Shown here piece by piece: positions 14,128-26,844 of a stretch of DNA of 64,000 nucleotides. The position numbers and the translations under genes are program-made. The notes beneath the pieces are model-generated. The model had not been told where the DNA came from. It was given only the letters and a program-made list of their open reading frames with translations, and searched no databases. How positions within the stretch are numbered: position 1 is the stretch's first letter; every line of letters begins with the position of its first letter. This DNA is from Rhizophagus irregularis (lineage: Eukaryota), in assembly GCF_026210795.1 (NCBI RefSeq), contig NC_089431.1, positions 2,480,001 through 2,544,000 on the forward strand. The letters are read 5' to 3'.

Positions 14128-14703
14128 TTAGCATAATGCTCGCGCTAAAGCTAATATATATTCTGACCCTAAAACACTAGTCTTGGTGAATGCATCATAT
14201 AAAGAATTTGGCCTATACTTTGAAGGACCCAAATTTGGATGATGAAGAAATTTCACAAGTATATCATTACTCCAAGCTTTCGTCTCCTCACGCTCCCAAG
14301 TTATCTCTACCAATGTAAATAGGTTACTATAATTCATTTCCATTAGGTTTTCAAGTGAAGATCGTTTATTTTTTTTGAGAATAAATAAAGCTAAATACAT
14401 ACTCAACAATGAGTCAGCAGTAATAGGGAAGTTTTTATGAATATCTGATCTACTTGCTAAGATTGATAAGGGCGGAATTAAGGCTGAATAGTAGAAGTCG
14501 GCTAAGGGATCCAACTCAAAATCACCAACACATATAGTCCCAATATCTTCTAAATAATCCGAAAGTCTATTAGCATATCTGTAACCTTCGCAAATCAACT
14601 TCTGGAATAGCTTTCCATTCAGGCTGATCCATCGACCAGTTAGTAAATTAAGTACTGTTCTATGTATGTCTGATTCTTGCATATGGATTGTTGAAATTAA
14701 CAT
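14128..14703 (-). CDS. Intronless hypothetical protein (191 aa)
   Basis: Clean ORF in AT-rich DNA, tandem with 14754-15023 (50-bp gap). Confidence 0.65.
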   Translation of the reverse strand: MLISTIHMQESDIHRTVLNLLTGRWISLNGKLFQKLICEGYRYANRLSDYLEDIGTICVGDFELDPLADFYYSALIPPLSILASRSDIHKNFPITADSLLSMYLALFILKKNKRSSLENLMEMNYSNLFTLVEITWEREETKAWSNDILVKFLHHPNLGPSKYRPNSLYDAFTKTSVLGSEYILALARALC

Positions 14704-14753
14704 TTATGAAAGTGATAATAGATGATTAGTACTTATGAAAATGGTATATCTAA

Positions 14754-15023
14754 TTACTCATTTCCTCCCATATTCTTTTTTTTATAATATATGTATGCTC
14801 TTTCCTTACCTTGTCCGCATTGGACACAAAGCTGAACGCTTGATTTGGTGCCTCGTTCACATCCTTTACATGGTTGTGGAATTATTACGCCCTTTCGTAT
14901 TTTGAATGCGTGGAATGCACAATATTGATCCTGTGCTGATTTTTCGCAGAAATGGGTCTTTTTAACCAACAACCAATTACAAGATATTTCTTTCCTCTGT
15001 CCATTATTCATACTCATTTTCAT
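14754..15023 (-). CDS. Small Cys/His-rich double zinc-finger-like protein
   Basis: CNWLL..FC..YCAFH then PCKGC..T..LCVQC; same pattern as 35317-35624. Confidence 0.65.
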   Translation of the reverse strand: MKMSMNNGQRKEISCNWLLVKKTHFCEKSAQDQYCAFHAFKIRKGVIIPQPCKGCERGTKSSVQLCVQCGQGKERAYIYYKKKNMGGNE

Positions 15024-15246
15024 ATTTAAAATATATCATCGCCTTGAAAGAGAGAGACAACAAATAAGTTTGTCATATGATGCCTACTTGTATGATGGTC
15101 ATTTACTTTAGTAAACCCTTATTAATAAAAATTTTTCTTGGCAATTTTCCGTGATGGCCCGTCACTCAAATTTTTTAGCAGAATTAAATATATACTAACA
15201 GACTTTTGAATATTACATATCTTCTATAAAAGTATTATCAATCAGT

Positions 15247-17532
15247 GTGCAAACTTCGAATTATTCAAACAACGCATTGCCAACCTTGAAGCTGAAAAAG
15301 ACGAGCTTAAGGGTGAGAATGCTGAGCTTAAGAATGAGAATGCGAAATTGAAACGGATTATTGAGGAGAATGCCAGGTGTGATGCTGAGAATGCCGAACA
15401 CAAGGTCAGAATCGAGGAATTAGAGAAAAATAGTGCAAATATTTCAGCCGAAAATGCTGAGCTTAAAGCTGAATTAGCCAAATTAAGACATGATTTCGAT
15501 TCCTCCAACCTCACGAGGCCTCAGCAACCCCAGCATGTTACTAATGTGCAGAACTCATGCTCTGTTGAAGAAGATATATCTTCAGCTAAGCCTGAAAGAT
15601 GCTTCGCTTCGAATGATATACCTGATCTTGTAATAGACTAGCGTGTAACTGATAACACGAACATCAAGTCAATGGACACTTTCTTAGATGAGACATTTAA
15701 GAAAAGCGTTAGTGATGGGTTTAGGCAGAGGAATAGGGAAAAGAAATTGTTGCATGAATCAGCTACCCAGTACTTATCTGGTGTTTCAAATGAGACCACT
15801 TCTTCTGTAATAAAGGACGAAAAATCTCAATCACATAAGAAGAGGAAAGCGGAGAATATTGTACAGGATTTATTTGATTTCACAGCCACTTCGGCACCTG
15901 AGAAAAATCATATGACTGAAATTTCCATGACGGTCCATCACGAAAAATCTGATATGGATAATCCCCAAATATATTACAAAATTTAGCCTGCTTAATCCAA
16001 GAAGCATGGGATGCGAAAGATGAAGCAATTCTAGCTAACCAAAAAGAATTATTGTATTGGTGTTCCTATATTGTAGAATTCAATAAAAAGACCACAGAGT
16101 TTATGACCAAGTATAAAATTGGCGAGAAAAAAGTGAAAGGTATGATTTATGACAATCTTATTAAACTCCTTCATCCTGATACTAAACGTAATACATTACT
16201 AAAACAAACTTAGAGAGCAAGAGACATACACAAATTATTTGAGAAAATAGGAATTGATAAAATTAAGTATATCACAACGTATAGTGCGAATTCTATATCA
16301 GAATTATCTGATAGTCAAATTCAAACTATTGTTGATTATTTCTCCAAGAATCCAAACACTGAATTACCAGATGATCAGGATGGCACTATTATCAATTTCG
16401 AAGAGGATATTTTGAATGATCAGGATAATGTATTGGAGGAGCAAGCAAAACCCTTAGTTTCAGCAACGCGGGCTAAGGTAAGCATTCCAACTGCACCTAT
16501 TCCATTAACTCATGTCTCCAATTCTTCAGGTGATTCCTCCAGCTCGAAAAAATTGGATGCCAAGGTAAAGGTGGTACCACCTATTCCTCAACCTGAGACT
16601 CTAGTCCATGACCGCTCCTATTTTAGCAACAAAACATTGGATCAATATCCTAATTTATATAGAGAATTTAGTAGTGAAGATTTTGATTATTATGGAATAA
16701 ATGACGAGACATTATGCCCATTATGCAAGTTAGATCATGATGATGAGGAAGGTATAGATGGTATGTATAAATCCGGATCTTACTTTATTAAATGTGAACA
16801 GCGCGAAATTGAGATAACTGCATAGTTTCATTACCCTGCAGGAGATGATCTAACTATTTTTTTGGAAATATGATAAAAGATATTAGACAGCTTTCTATCC
16901 AGGAATTTTAATCTTTTTTCGAACTAAAGAGAAAAAAGGGATTTAAATTGATCTGTGATCATAGAAAAAAGGAAACATAAGCGAATCCAATAAAATATTA
17001 ACTCCTGAATATCTGGATTGGCATGCCAAATTAACTGGGTTACCAAGCGTTTTGACGGAAAAGATTCATTCTAAATTATACAAAAAATATAAAAAGAAAC
17101 TGGGCATGAGTCATGGCAACATGCATCAGAAGCCGGTCTTCTCATAAATTTGAAGCCAGAGAATAAAGTATCCTATTTATCTTTTTTATCTTTTTCTGAG
17201 CAATGTAAAGAAAAAGAGCCCATCACTTTCGAAGCCAAATCTGATCCAGAATTAATTATCAAATCCGTCTTAGAGCACTTCCCATACTTGAAATTCAAAA
17301 ATAGTTTCAGAGGGATTGATAATTATGATTTTACATCACTTCAGCCGTGGAGCTCACCATGTCCTATTTGCAATGGAATACATGGGAATTATGGATTACA
17401 TGGTTCATAGTACTGCGAAAATGGGAATCAGCTCCCTTATGATCCTGAAATGGCAAAGTTCTATTCTCAAGATAAGTTGGAATATTGTCTTACTTGCTTC
17501 ACTTCAGGCAATAAATTCAGGTTCGCGATTGT
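15247..17532 (+). pseudogene. Decayed coiled-coil plus helical plus Cys-motif gene of a lineage-expanded family
   Basis: Consecutive same-strand ORF fragments (15348, 15672, 16412, 17150): N-terminal heptads, ARDIHKLFEKIGIDKIKYITTYSANSISELS, CPLCKLDH, CPICNGIH; stops and frameshifts. Confidence 0.7.
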
Positions 17533-17843
17533 GGCTTAGACTGGTCATGTGAAATTGACATTTCATTTGCTACTCCAAAAAATTAAATGATCTGAATATT
17601 TATGTACCAATTTTTCACCCCTTTGATTGCGTGAAGTATCTGGAAAATATGATGCTTTTTTTTCTATTACACTCTTAAGTCTGAACAAAAGTATGCAGCA
17701 GAAAAATTTCATCATATCCATCTCGTGTCACGTGATAAATGGTCGTTTGTGGTACCATAAGTAAGCGATTGACTATCATACGCGATTGTCAATGAGATTT
17801 ATCAAATTGCTCGAACAAAGTAAAAAATTCTCCTTCTCCCTGA

Positions 17844-20840
17844 ATGTCTTAACTCTGTAAAATACCGCGGTAAGATAGATTGTGCCGATATTTTTTTTCG
17901 ATATTTATTTCGTAACTTATACTTGTGATTATGTAGGCTTTTGGGAGAACACGGACGAGCCTTCGCTCAAGAATTTCTTAGATTTTCGACTTTTGGCTGG
18001 CGACTTAGAAGATATGCAAACTGAGTACCATCGGTACAAGAAAGAACTAGATACAATTGGCAAATTTTATGCCGAAGTATCTGAACCTGGACAAGAAGTG
18101 TTAAGGTGGAAAAATGCCTTCAAGGCAAGTAATTTATATTATTGTTCAGGAGCCGAGTACATCAACTACCCTGCAACCTGCGCTCTTGTAGTGGGAACGA
18201 CCGCGTGTCTGTTGATGAACTATACTCCATGAACCACCTTGAGACTCTATGTGCTATTGAGTACACCAACTACCCTGCAACCTGCGCTCTTGTAGTGGGA
18301 ACGACTGCGCGTCTGTTGGTGAGTTATATTCAATGGACTTGAGATCCGTGGTGCTCGCGAAAGATGAATGTACAATCTGGGTGCTTGCTTGTTCATGATG
18401 ACTCCTATCCTTGCTTGCATAGAGTAGGATGGCTATCAAACAAAATCTAGAACGTGTACTTAGATCTTCTCTCATATTATCACTAGCAGTTAAGTAAACA
18501 GTCGGCAGTAGTAAAACGTTTTTGGAAACTTCACGCAGAAAGTCAAAATATTGCGGCGAGGACAAATATGCAAGAGAAAAAGGCAAAGGCGAAAGTTCTG
18601 AAATTGCAGGTATGTAACTCAATTTCCCACCATCTAACGTGCTAGACCGGGACATTTACATTTGATCTATTTCTATACATAGACGAATCAACATGTAACT
18701 ATTGCCACAGTGGCGACAAAACAAATTCAACAATATGCCAGGTCAACAAACACCAGCATCATGAAGAGATTCTATTGCGATGACAACGAAAAAACGGTAA
18801 AACGTACCAGAACTGATAAAGTATTTAGTTTTATTATTGCGGGGATATGATTTTAACTTAAACACTAACAAATCCAAACCAATTAATCACTATTTGCAAT
18901 ACAATCAGTGCGAGGGTGATAATTCAAACTCCGAAGGAAATGACAATTTTCATGCCGAAGACTATGATCATCAAGACTTGGACCAGACTGGCGATGAAAT
19001 CGATGATACTTGCGAAAACTCTCTCTCAGATCATCAAGATTTGGACCAGACTGGCGATGAAATCGATGATTCTTGCGAAAACTCTCTCTCAGATCATCAA
19101 GATTTGGACCAGACTGACAATGAAATCGATGATACTCGCGAAAAGTCTCCCTCAGTAATGGCCGTTGAACGTCGAGAAAAAATGAAAGGACTGCACTTGC
19201 GACGTCACAGAACTTAACGGATGTATATGAAAAGTTTCAGGATAGCCGGAAATGGCGTCTTTCTACGGGAAAGGTTGTAGAGGACGCTCTCTACAATTTT
19301 GCAAGCAAATGTTCATATGAACAGTATGTAGTGTGTTATGTGTAATATTATAAGCTATAATCTCACGCCCATATATTTTCTTTCACAAGTGCTTCGCACA
19401 GCTTCATAATTGATCCCACTGACCAGTCATACATCAACGAAGGTATTTTCACAGTGGACGAACTTAATGAAATTAAGACACATAAAAGACGTGATTTACC
19501 GGAAATTCCGGAGGATCTTCTTAATTATTTAATGACATTTGCAAAGGTAATACATTGTTTGCACAGAATGAAATAAGTCTGGACATTTTGTTTTCTAATA
19601 ATGCATTATTCCTAAAACAATATGTGCTCATTTTCGAGAAGAGCACGTTACATGAGTTAAGGAGTGCGATTGATCAACCAATTAAAGTTTTACAAGGAGA
19701 ATTTAGTCCAGAGAAACACCATGATTACGATTGGGCCAGATACGCAATGTATACGATGTGAGTATGGACCACAAAATGAGTTTATCATGTTTACAGAGAA
19801 CTGATATTTAAATTTAATTTATAGTTTACAGGAGTATGAAACTGGGTCCCTTAGGAAAGACCATCATGAACGGTGGTATAATATGCATCTCTGGTGTCCC
19901 ATTGTTGATAGATGCTTCTCCTATGTTGACGATATGGATACGATTCGGTATAAACTTGTTCATTGGCGAAATCTTTAAATAACAAACATCATTTATTCAT
20001 TTTACATTAATTTTTAGTGACGAGTCTTGCAGCATTGCTTCCGGCATACGAAAGAATGCCAATCGTACCGCATCTGGAGTAAATAAGATGGAAAGGCAAA
20101 AGGTTGGTCGGAGGGGAGATTTCATATTGAGAACATCATCGAATTTGGAATTTGGCGGTGCGGAAGCTGGCAGAACCTATAAAACGGATAAAGGCACAAA
20201 GTGGCTCGTGGAAAGCGGACTTAAGCTGCCGAAATTATTAAAGGATATGATTGTTCAATTAGCAAGTAATGCTGAATGGTCAACACCGGTGTTACGTAAT
20301 TTGAAAACAATCGGATTTGTACACGCAGGTGAGTAATAAATTTTTTAACGATCATTTTACGTCTTTTGATATCTCACTTCATATTTTGTTTTTCTGAAAG
20401 ACTGCAGGCAAATGTTGCTGGAGTTAGATTGCCCTGAAGGGTACGTGTGTCGTTTGAGTCGTGGTAACATCTTCAAAGTGGCCGACTCTATCGTTACACA
20501 TACTACCGAAACGCTGCCACTAATTGCAGTAACCTGGAGAGCTAAGGTGAGTAGAGTGGATGCTCGTCTGTTTGTTTACAATATATATTGCATTTCCACA
20601 ATCTAATCTCTTGATACACGAATGCTCTTGCAGGAAACTATTCAAGAATGCCTCAATATAGTTCGGAGACGCACTGTTAAGATTGATGATGAAAAAGAAG
20701 TATTAAGGATTATACGATCTGCTGGATCGAACAAGCCTTCTAAGATGGCAGATAATAATATAATTATTCCTGATTGCTTTGGAACTCCGTTGAAAAAAAA
20801 AGCGATATTGAATCAAAAAAATAGCTTTTCCTGCGCCTAA
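17844..20840 (+). CDS. Multi-exon gene or pseudogene with a C-terminal PD-(D/E)XK-like nuclease fold
   Basis: Spliced exons giving KWRLSTGKVVEDALY, HSFIIDP, ERWYNMHLW, ESCSIAS..RKN, GRRGDFILR..EFGGAEAG, KLPKLLKDM; early in-frame stop suggests decay; GC visibly higher than flanks. Confidence 0.65.
18966..19150 (+). repeat. Three 63-bp coding tandem repeats (DHQDLDQTGDEIDDTCENSLS)
   Basis: Units start at 18966, 19029 and 19092. Confidence 0.9.
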
Positions 20841-21061
20841 CTTACCATCACATTACGTCCATGTCCCACTCAATATTAAAATTGCATTTTACTATATTTC
20901 TTTTATCTTGTAATTGCTTTAGCGTTCTGTTGTAATTATACAGTATAATAAATAAAGTGCTTATGAACTTGGCTTGAATGTGTGCTAGCTTGTATACATT
21001 CACTCAAACCTACAGTATTATTTTTTTCTCTGCCTTCAAATTTTCTTAACATTTTTCAGAC

Positions 21062-21563
21062 ATGTCTACTGAAAAATCAACCAGCGAAAAGGTGAAACAG
21101 TCTAAGAAATCAGTTGATAGGGATAAGTCTCCTACATTGCAAAGACTGATTAAAGAATTGTCTAATTTTAATAGCTTCTGCGGGAGACAATCTGTTTTAG
21201 TGAAATATTTTTTGGATTAAGAATGGAAACTTTACTCCCGAAAAAATTTATTTTGAGGGAGATTTTGGGGAAGCAATGAAGAAAAGGTATGATCATTATA
21301 GATTGAAACATGGAGATTTGGCGTCTCAGTCTCTAGTTGAGAATGATGTGCAGAAATAGCTTCCCAAAGATATTTCAGAAGAAGCTCTTCGAAAAAGAAT
21401 TGAAAAAGCTCAAAAGGTTTATGGTCTCTTCAGTAGCATCAATGTGGATGTAAATATGGGTAGGGCTATGATAGGAAGAATTAAAACTTTTTCATTATCA
21501 ACTATAACGGCCTTGTCTAAGGAAGACATTAAATACGTAATTGTTAAAGTGCTTTGGGGATAG
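21062..21563 (+). pseudogene. Decayed gene fragment with a helical domain related to that in 15247-17532
   Basis: EALRKRIEKAQKVYGLFSSI..RIKTFSLSTITALSKEDIKYV aligns by eye with RARDIHKLFEKIG..YITTYSANSISELSDSQIQTI; internal stops. Confidence 0.6.
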
Positions 21564-21751
21564 TTTGCCCTGAGCGCCTTCGGCAGTGTATTATGCCACA
21601 TATTACAGCGCCTGTGACTTGCATGTCCGGCAATGTCTGTTATAGTGTAAAAAATAGTGTTCTGAAAACATATATTAATAAAGTTTAGCCAGTTCGGCCA
21701 TTTATTTTTTTAATTGATACTGACTACTGTATGATTAGCTTGAAAATGTTT

Positions 21752-21933
21752 TTTGATCGATTCTGACACCACATAATTAGCGGACATACATGTCCAAAAA
21801 TATTTGATCGATACTGACACTACATAATTAGCGGACATGCATGTCCAAAAATATTTGACCGACACTGCCACCACCTAATTAGCGGACATGCATTTCCAAA
21901 AATATTTGATCGATACTAACACCACATAATTAG
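21752..21933. repeat. About 3.5 copies of a 51-bp tandem repeat containing the palindrome GGACATGCATGTCC
   Basis: Period of 51 (GATCGA-like at 21755, 21806, 21857, 21908); last unit cut off at ~21933. Confidence 0.9.
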
Positions 21934-22321
21934 TGTCCGGGATTCCTTGGTACTGCGCCAGGATTACTGCACCTCTGTCATCTAATTTTTCCGGAATATA
22001 ATTAGCCGATCATCTCGTGATTTATAGAAACTCTGGAACTCTTTTAGAACTATCGAGGAACTGGCAGGGAGTTAGGGTGATACTGTGATATGATATACGT
22101 TGTACCACAAACCGATTTAGCCAAGGCGTTGTGCATATGCATGTAAATATAAAATTAGCATAGTCAAGATATGGCCCTATATAAATCCTCAGTATGCTTA
22201 TAATCGAATAAAAATGAATCTGATATTTATTAGAGTATACTATTGCTAAATTGGCTAAAATCGCTAAAAACAGTATAAATCAATAAAATTGTTATATTCT
22301 GTTATAATCTACCAAAACGCT

Positions 22322-23203
22322 AATATGGATTTAGATAGTAAAGCCTATTCCAAGTTAATTCATGCACACAATAGTATTGGAGGCTCTGAAGAATATATAA
22401 GAATTATTGTTGCAATATTGCCTTTAGCAGAAAGACATGATCATGAAACACCAGAAATGTGGTGCTCTCGTATTCGTGATTCATTTAGGAAAATACTAGA
22501 AGAGAACCCAAGAATCCTTTCTAAGAATAGATATATTACAATGTATGAAAAGCTATATGTAGATGATAGGATTCATAATCGTCCAACCAATTATATATAT
22601 TGCAGTGTATGTAACTCCTTAGTTTTCACACCTGCAAATAGTCTTTTTGAGGATCGCTATGGAGATAACCACTTGAAGAGATGTATTTCTGGAAATACTA
22701 TTTCGAATGAACATGCAAGAAGAAATGAAATTCTCAAATCTATTGATACAAGGGAATTTCAGATCTGGCAATATAAACAATACATATTACAAGAAGAGGC
22801 TAAAATTAATCGTCTCCGTCTAGAGCTTTTCTCCCAATCTACCTCAGACTCAGAAAAGGATAAGTTGGCATCGGTATCATATGATTCTGATACTCGTTCA
22901 GTCAGCTATGAAACTTACCTTTCAGCTAAAGCAACTATAGCAGAAAATACTATGCCAAGTGCTCCAAAATTCAAGCCAGCTTGTATTTCTGTTACCTCTG
23001 GTAACCAAGAAATGATTCCACCAACTTCTTATCAGTCATCAAATTGCAAAAGCGATACAGGCGAAATATTTATTTCATCTCGTATGCAAAAGGCAGCTGC
23101 GTTGGAGATTGAAGGATGGAACACTAATCATGATTGTCTAATGACTCGACTGATTCTGAGAAATATTCTACATTATAGACTATTGCTTTTAACTGAAAAT
23201 TAA
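22322..23203 (+). CDS. Intronless hypothetical protein with a zinc-finger-like motif and coiled coil
   Basis: Intact ORF from MDLDSK; YIYCSVC...HLKRC; upstream TATATAAA at ~22178. Confidence 0.7.
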   Translation, partial: NMDLDSKAYSKLIHAHNSIGGSEEYIRIIVAILPLAERHDHETPEMWCSRIRDSFRKILEENPRILSKNRYITMYEKLYVDDRIHNRPTNYIYCSVCNSLVFTPANSLFEDRYGDNHLKRCISGNTISNEHARRNEILKSIDTREFQIWQYKQYILQEEAKINRLRLELFSQSTSDSEKDKLASVSYDSDTRSVSYETYLSAKATIAENTMPSAPKFKPACISVTSGNQEMIPPTSYQSSNCKSDTGEIFISSRMQKAAALEIEGWNTNHDCLMTRLILRNILHYRLLLLTEN

Positions 23204-25556
23204 TATTATTTAGCCAAAGGTGCAATGTATAACTTATTCTTTATTTTTTATGTTAAATAACTGCATATGATCGCCTAGTAAAATTGGTTGAAGGCGCTAT
23301 ACATAAAATGTATCACCTGCCAAATTTTTCAGATTAGTCCTTAACCCAGATCTCAGTTAAGATTATGCGCTTTCTGAAAATTGATATAAATTGATCCAAG
23401 GGGTTCTCCCATTCTCTTTTATAATCACAAAAAAAGAATGTCATTTCGCAGATCTCACCAAGACAGAAGAACATGCTGAAGAACATAAAGCTGAAAGTAA
23501 GAAGAGAACTATCATCTTCATAGTGAATTGCAGATAGAAGTTAGTGCTATACATGAGCCTAAGCCTAGCTTGCAAGCTGGCTCAAGTTTTTCAAGCCTAG
23601 CAAGTCAAGCACGTTAAAATTCGGCCGACAGCTCACGAGCCAACTTAAAAAAGCTTGAGCTAGTTAATAGGCTTGGCTCAAAAAGCTCAAGCCATAAAAC
23701 GGCTCAGCTCAAAAAGCTCAAGCTGGCTCGCAAGCCATTTAATCCAAATCAAAACGTTAAATAATTCAGTTTAAAAGTTAGTTTTATAATTTTTACATTA
23801 TTTTATTTATTTAATGTTTACAATTATTTTTATTTACAATTTCATTAATCATTTATAATTATTGATCCACCAACACCAGATTTTCACCAGCCTTTAAGGC
23901 ACATTGTTTCTCGTATTGTTGATTCCTTAAGGCTACATCATTTTTGAACAACTAAGTCTGTTCCACCCAAAAATATTCTTTCCACAGGAGCACTAGTTGC
24001 TATAAAAGATCAAAAATAATAAAATAATAATGTTATAAATTAATAAAATTAATATTATAAATAATAAATTAAAATAAAAAATACTATGAACCTGGTATTG
24101 AAAGGTAATCACGAGCCATTTTTGATAAATTCGGGTACTCAATTTCATGCAACTATAAAAAAAATAATAAATAAATAATAATATAATAAATTATATAATA
24201 AAATTAATAAAATAAACATTAGTGTACCTTCCACCACATTAAAATATCAGTTTTACCGAGCTACTCCTTCATTTAGATAAATGCTAAGTTCATCTTTTTC
24301 TTCAATTTTTCGCTTTTTGAAGATATGACCAAAAAGTTCATCATCTGCATCATCAGATGGCTCTACATTTTCTGAAATATTCGGTTTATACGTAGTTTCC
24401 CATAAATTTGTAACTTGTTTTCTTGCCTCTTGAATAAATGACTCTTCCCACATATTGTCTTTATAATATTGAAGCTTTATACGAGAATCTAGTACTATTA
24501 TTAAAAAAACAACAATTAAATATTAACTATAAATATATGTATAATAAATTATGTAAAGTGGATAAATTTACCTGTTGCAGCCGTGTATATTAATCCACTT
24601 GTAAATGTATAATATTTTTTTATTTTTTCAATTGATTGTTTTAATGCACATAAAATCTCATCATTTTCGCTTTCATTATCATCATCACTATCATCATCAT
24701 CCTCCTCCTCATCCTCCTCCTTATCAGATTCTTTTCTTTTATCATATTCATCCTCGAGTTTATCCAATAAAAAATTATACATAGGTATAGTATAAGATAA
24801 TGTCGGGTATTGTTGACTAACACTTAAATCCGTGCATTTTTTATAATGCTATATTATAAAAAAAATTTAATTATTAATATATACATAAATAAGATACGTA
24901 CACAATCAAAATAACAACCTGCAATATTCCACGTATTTCTAAAATACATTCCCATTCCTCTTCCAAAAGTATGTATTTTTTTAAATCTTTATCTGCCGAT
25001 GCTGTATTGTGCAAAGGCTGTATAATTAAAAATTATTAAATTTAATTATAAATTAAAATAAATATTAATAAAATTATATAAATCAAAACCTGTTTTAGTG
25101 TTAATGCTCGTTCTAACATAATCTCAGTAGAGTTCTACCTGGTAGACACGTCAGGTATCAGCTCGAATGGTACCATATTTGCTGCAATACATTGTTGGTT
25201 GAATTTTTCCTGACGTTGGGGTGATGCTTGGATCTTTACAATTACCTTACGAAGCTTTAATTTAATAAAATTAGTCAACCATACAAATTTTAACTATGCT
25301 TCACAATAATATATTACCTTGTATATGGTATCTTTCAAATTGTCTTCCGTGTCTTCAGCTTCTTCAAAAGAATTTTCATCTTCATATAGTAGTGGTACTT
25401 GAAGATTATCAATTAATTCTTCGCAGCTAAATTTATTACGTATGCAAAACAGCGAACACGTTGATTTTTTGGATCAAATGTAATGCTTTTTTTGGCTAAA
25501 GATTGAGAAATTTTATCAAGCATTACATCTATATTAGATGCGTTATCACATGCAAC

Positions 25557-26844
25557 TAGGGATGGGGGTTAATTAACCACGGTTAATTAACCATGGTTAA
25601 TTAACCGTTAATTTTGTTAGTTATGATTGATTTAAAATGGTTAATTAACCGTTATTTATAATTAGCCAATCAAAATGCAGAATTTAAATCATGTGATTAA
25701 ATGATAATCCATTATTTTGTTACACAATTAAATATTAATTAATATAAATATTGATTAAATCTATGATCTACATATTGCATGATCTTTTTTTTAAGATAAA
25801 TTTTTTTAAAAAAACACTTTTTTTTTGCAAATTTATTGTTCATTATCATGGTAAAAAAAAAGGGAACTGTTTGGAAACATTGGACAATAATTACTGAAGC
25901 AGAAAGTAATGAAGAAAGTAGTAGGTCTAAGAAAAAAACACATCCTTCTGTACGTTGTAATTATTGTTCTAAAGTTTTTGAACAAGGTACAGCTAAAAGA
26001 ATGCAAGTTCATCTTAATGATAGTTGTCCTGTAGCTCCGGAAAGTGCAAAAACAAAGAAACAACAAATTCCTGAACTATTAGAAACTTCTGATGCTACTA
26101 CTTCTACTTTTATTCCTACAGTAAAAACATCAAAAAAGCATTTAAAAAATACAACAATTGAGAATTTTGTTGATCGTATGAGTGAAGAAGAACAAGATAC
26201 TCTTGAAATTTTACTAGCTCAAGCATTATTTGCTGCTGGAGTTCCTTTTTCTTTTCTTGAAAATAATTATGTTATTCAGTTTTTTCAACAATTACGTCCA
26301 GCATTCAAATTACCTAATCGAAGAAAACTTGCTGATGAATTACTTGATGATGTTTTTGATGAAGTTAAAGCTGAATGTAATGAACAAATTTTACAAGCTA
26401 AATCTCTTACAATGGTTTCAGATGGTTGGTCTAATATTAATCGAGAATCAGTTCAAAATTTTGTTATTTGTACTCCAAAACCATTATTCTTTCGATGCTA
26501 TTTATTCTGGTGAAGTAATCTCATACAGCTAAATGGGTAGTAATTTTAATGAAAATGAAGAAGATAGTAATAATAGTTCTGATAATGAAAATAAAGAAGA
26601 TGATAATAATAATAGTTCTGATAATGATAGTATATTTGGATTTGAAGCAAATGTTATTAATTTAGATGATGAAGAATAAATAAAATATATTAAAATTTTA
26701 TAATATTTAATAAATTATAAATTTATTTTAACTTCCTTAAAATTATATATACAGGTTATTTATGGGTTAATTAACCGTTAACTAACCGTTAATTAACCGG
26801 TTAATTAACCAAATTCATAACTAACGGTTATTTTACCAACCCTA
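25557..26844 (+). mobile_element. hAT transposon (inner, internally deleted, 1288 bp)
   Basis: Termini TAGGGATGG / CCAACCCTA; 8-bp TSD CATGCAAC (25549-25556, 26845-26852); GGTTAATTAACC subterminal palindromes at both ends. Confidence 0.93.
25848..26679 (+). pseudogene. Truncated hAT transposase (BED finger plus DUF659-like start) joined to its acidic tail
   Basis: VWKHW..VRCNYC..MQVHL..C; AAGVPFSFLEN; LTMVSDGWSNINRESVQNF; core deleted after ~26530. Confidence 0.88.
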
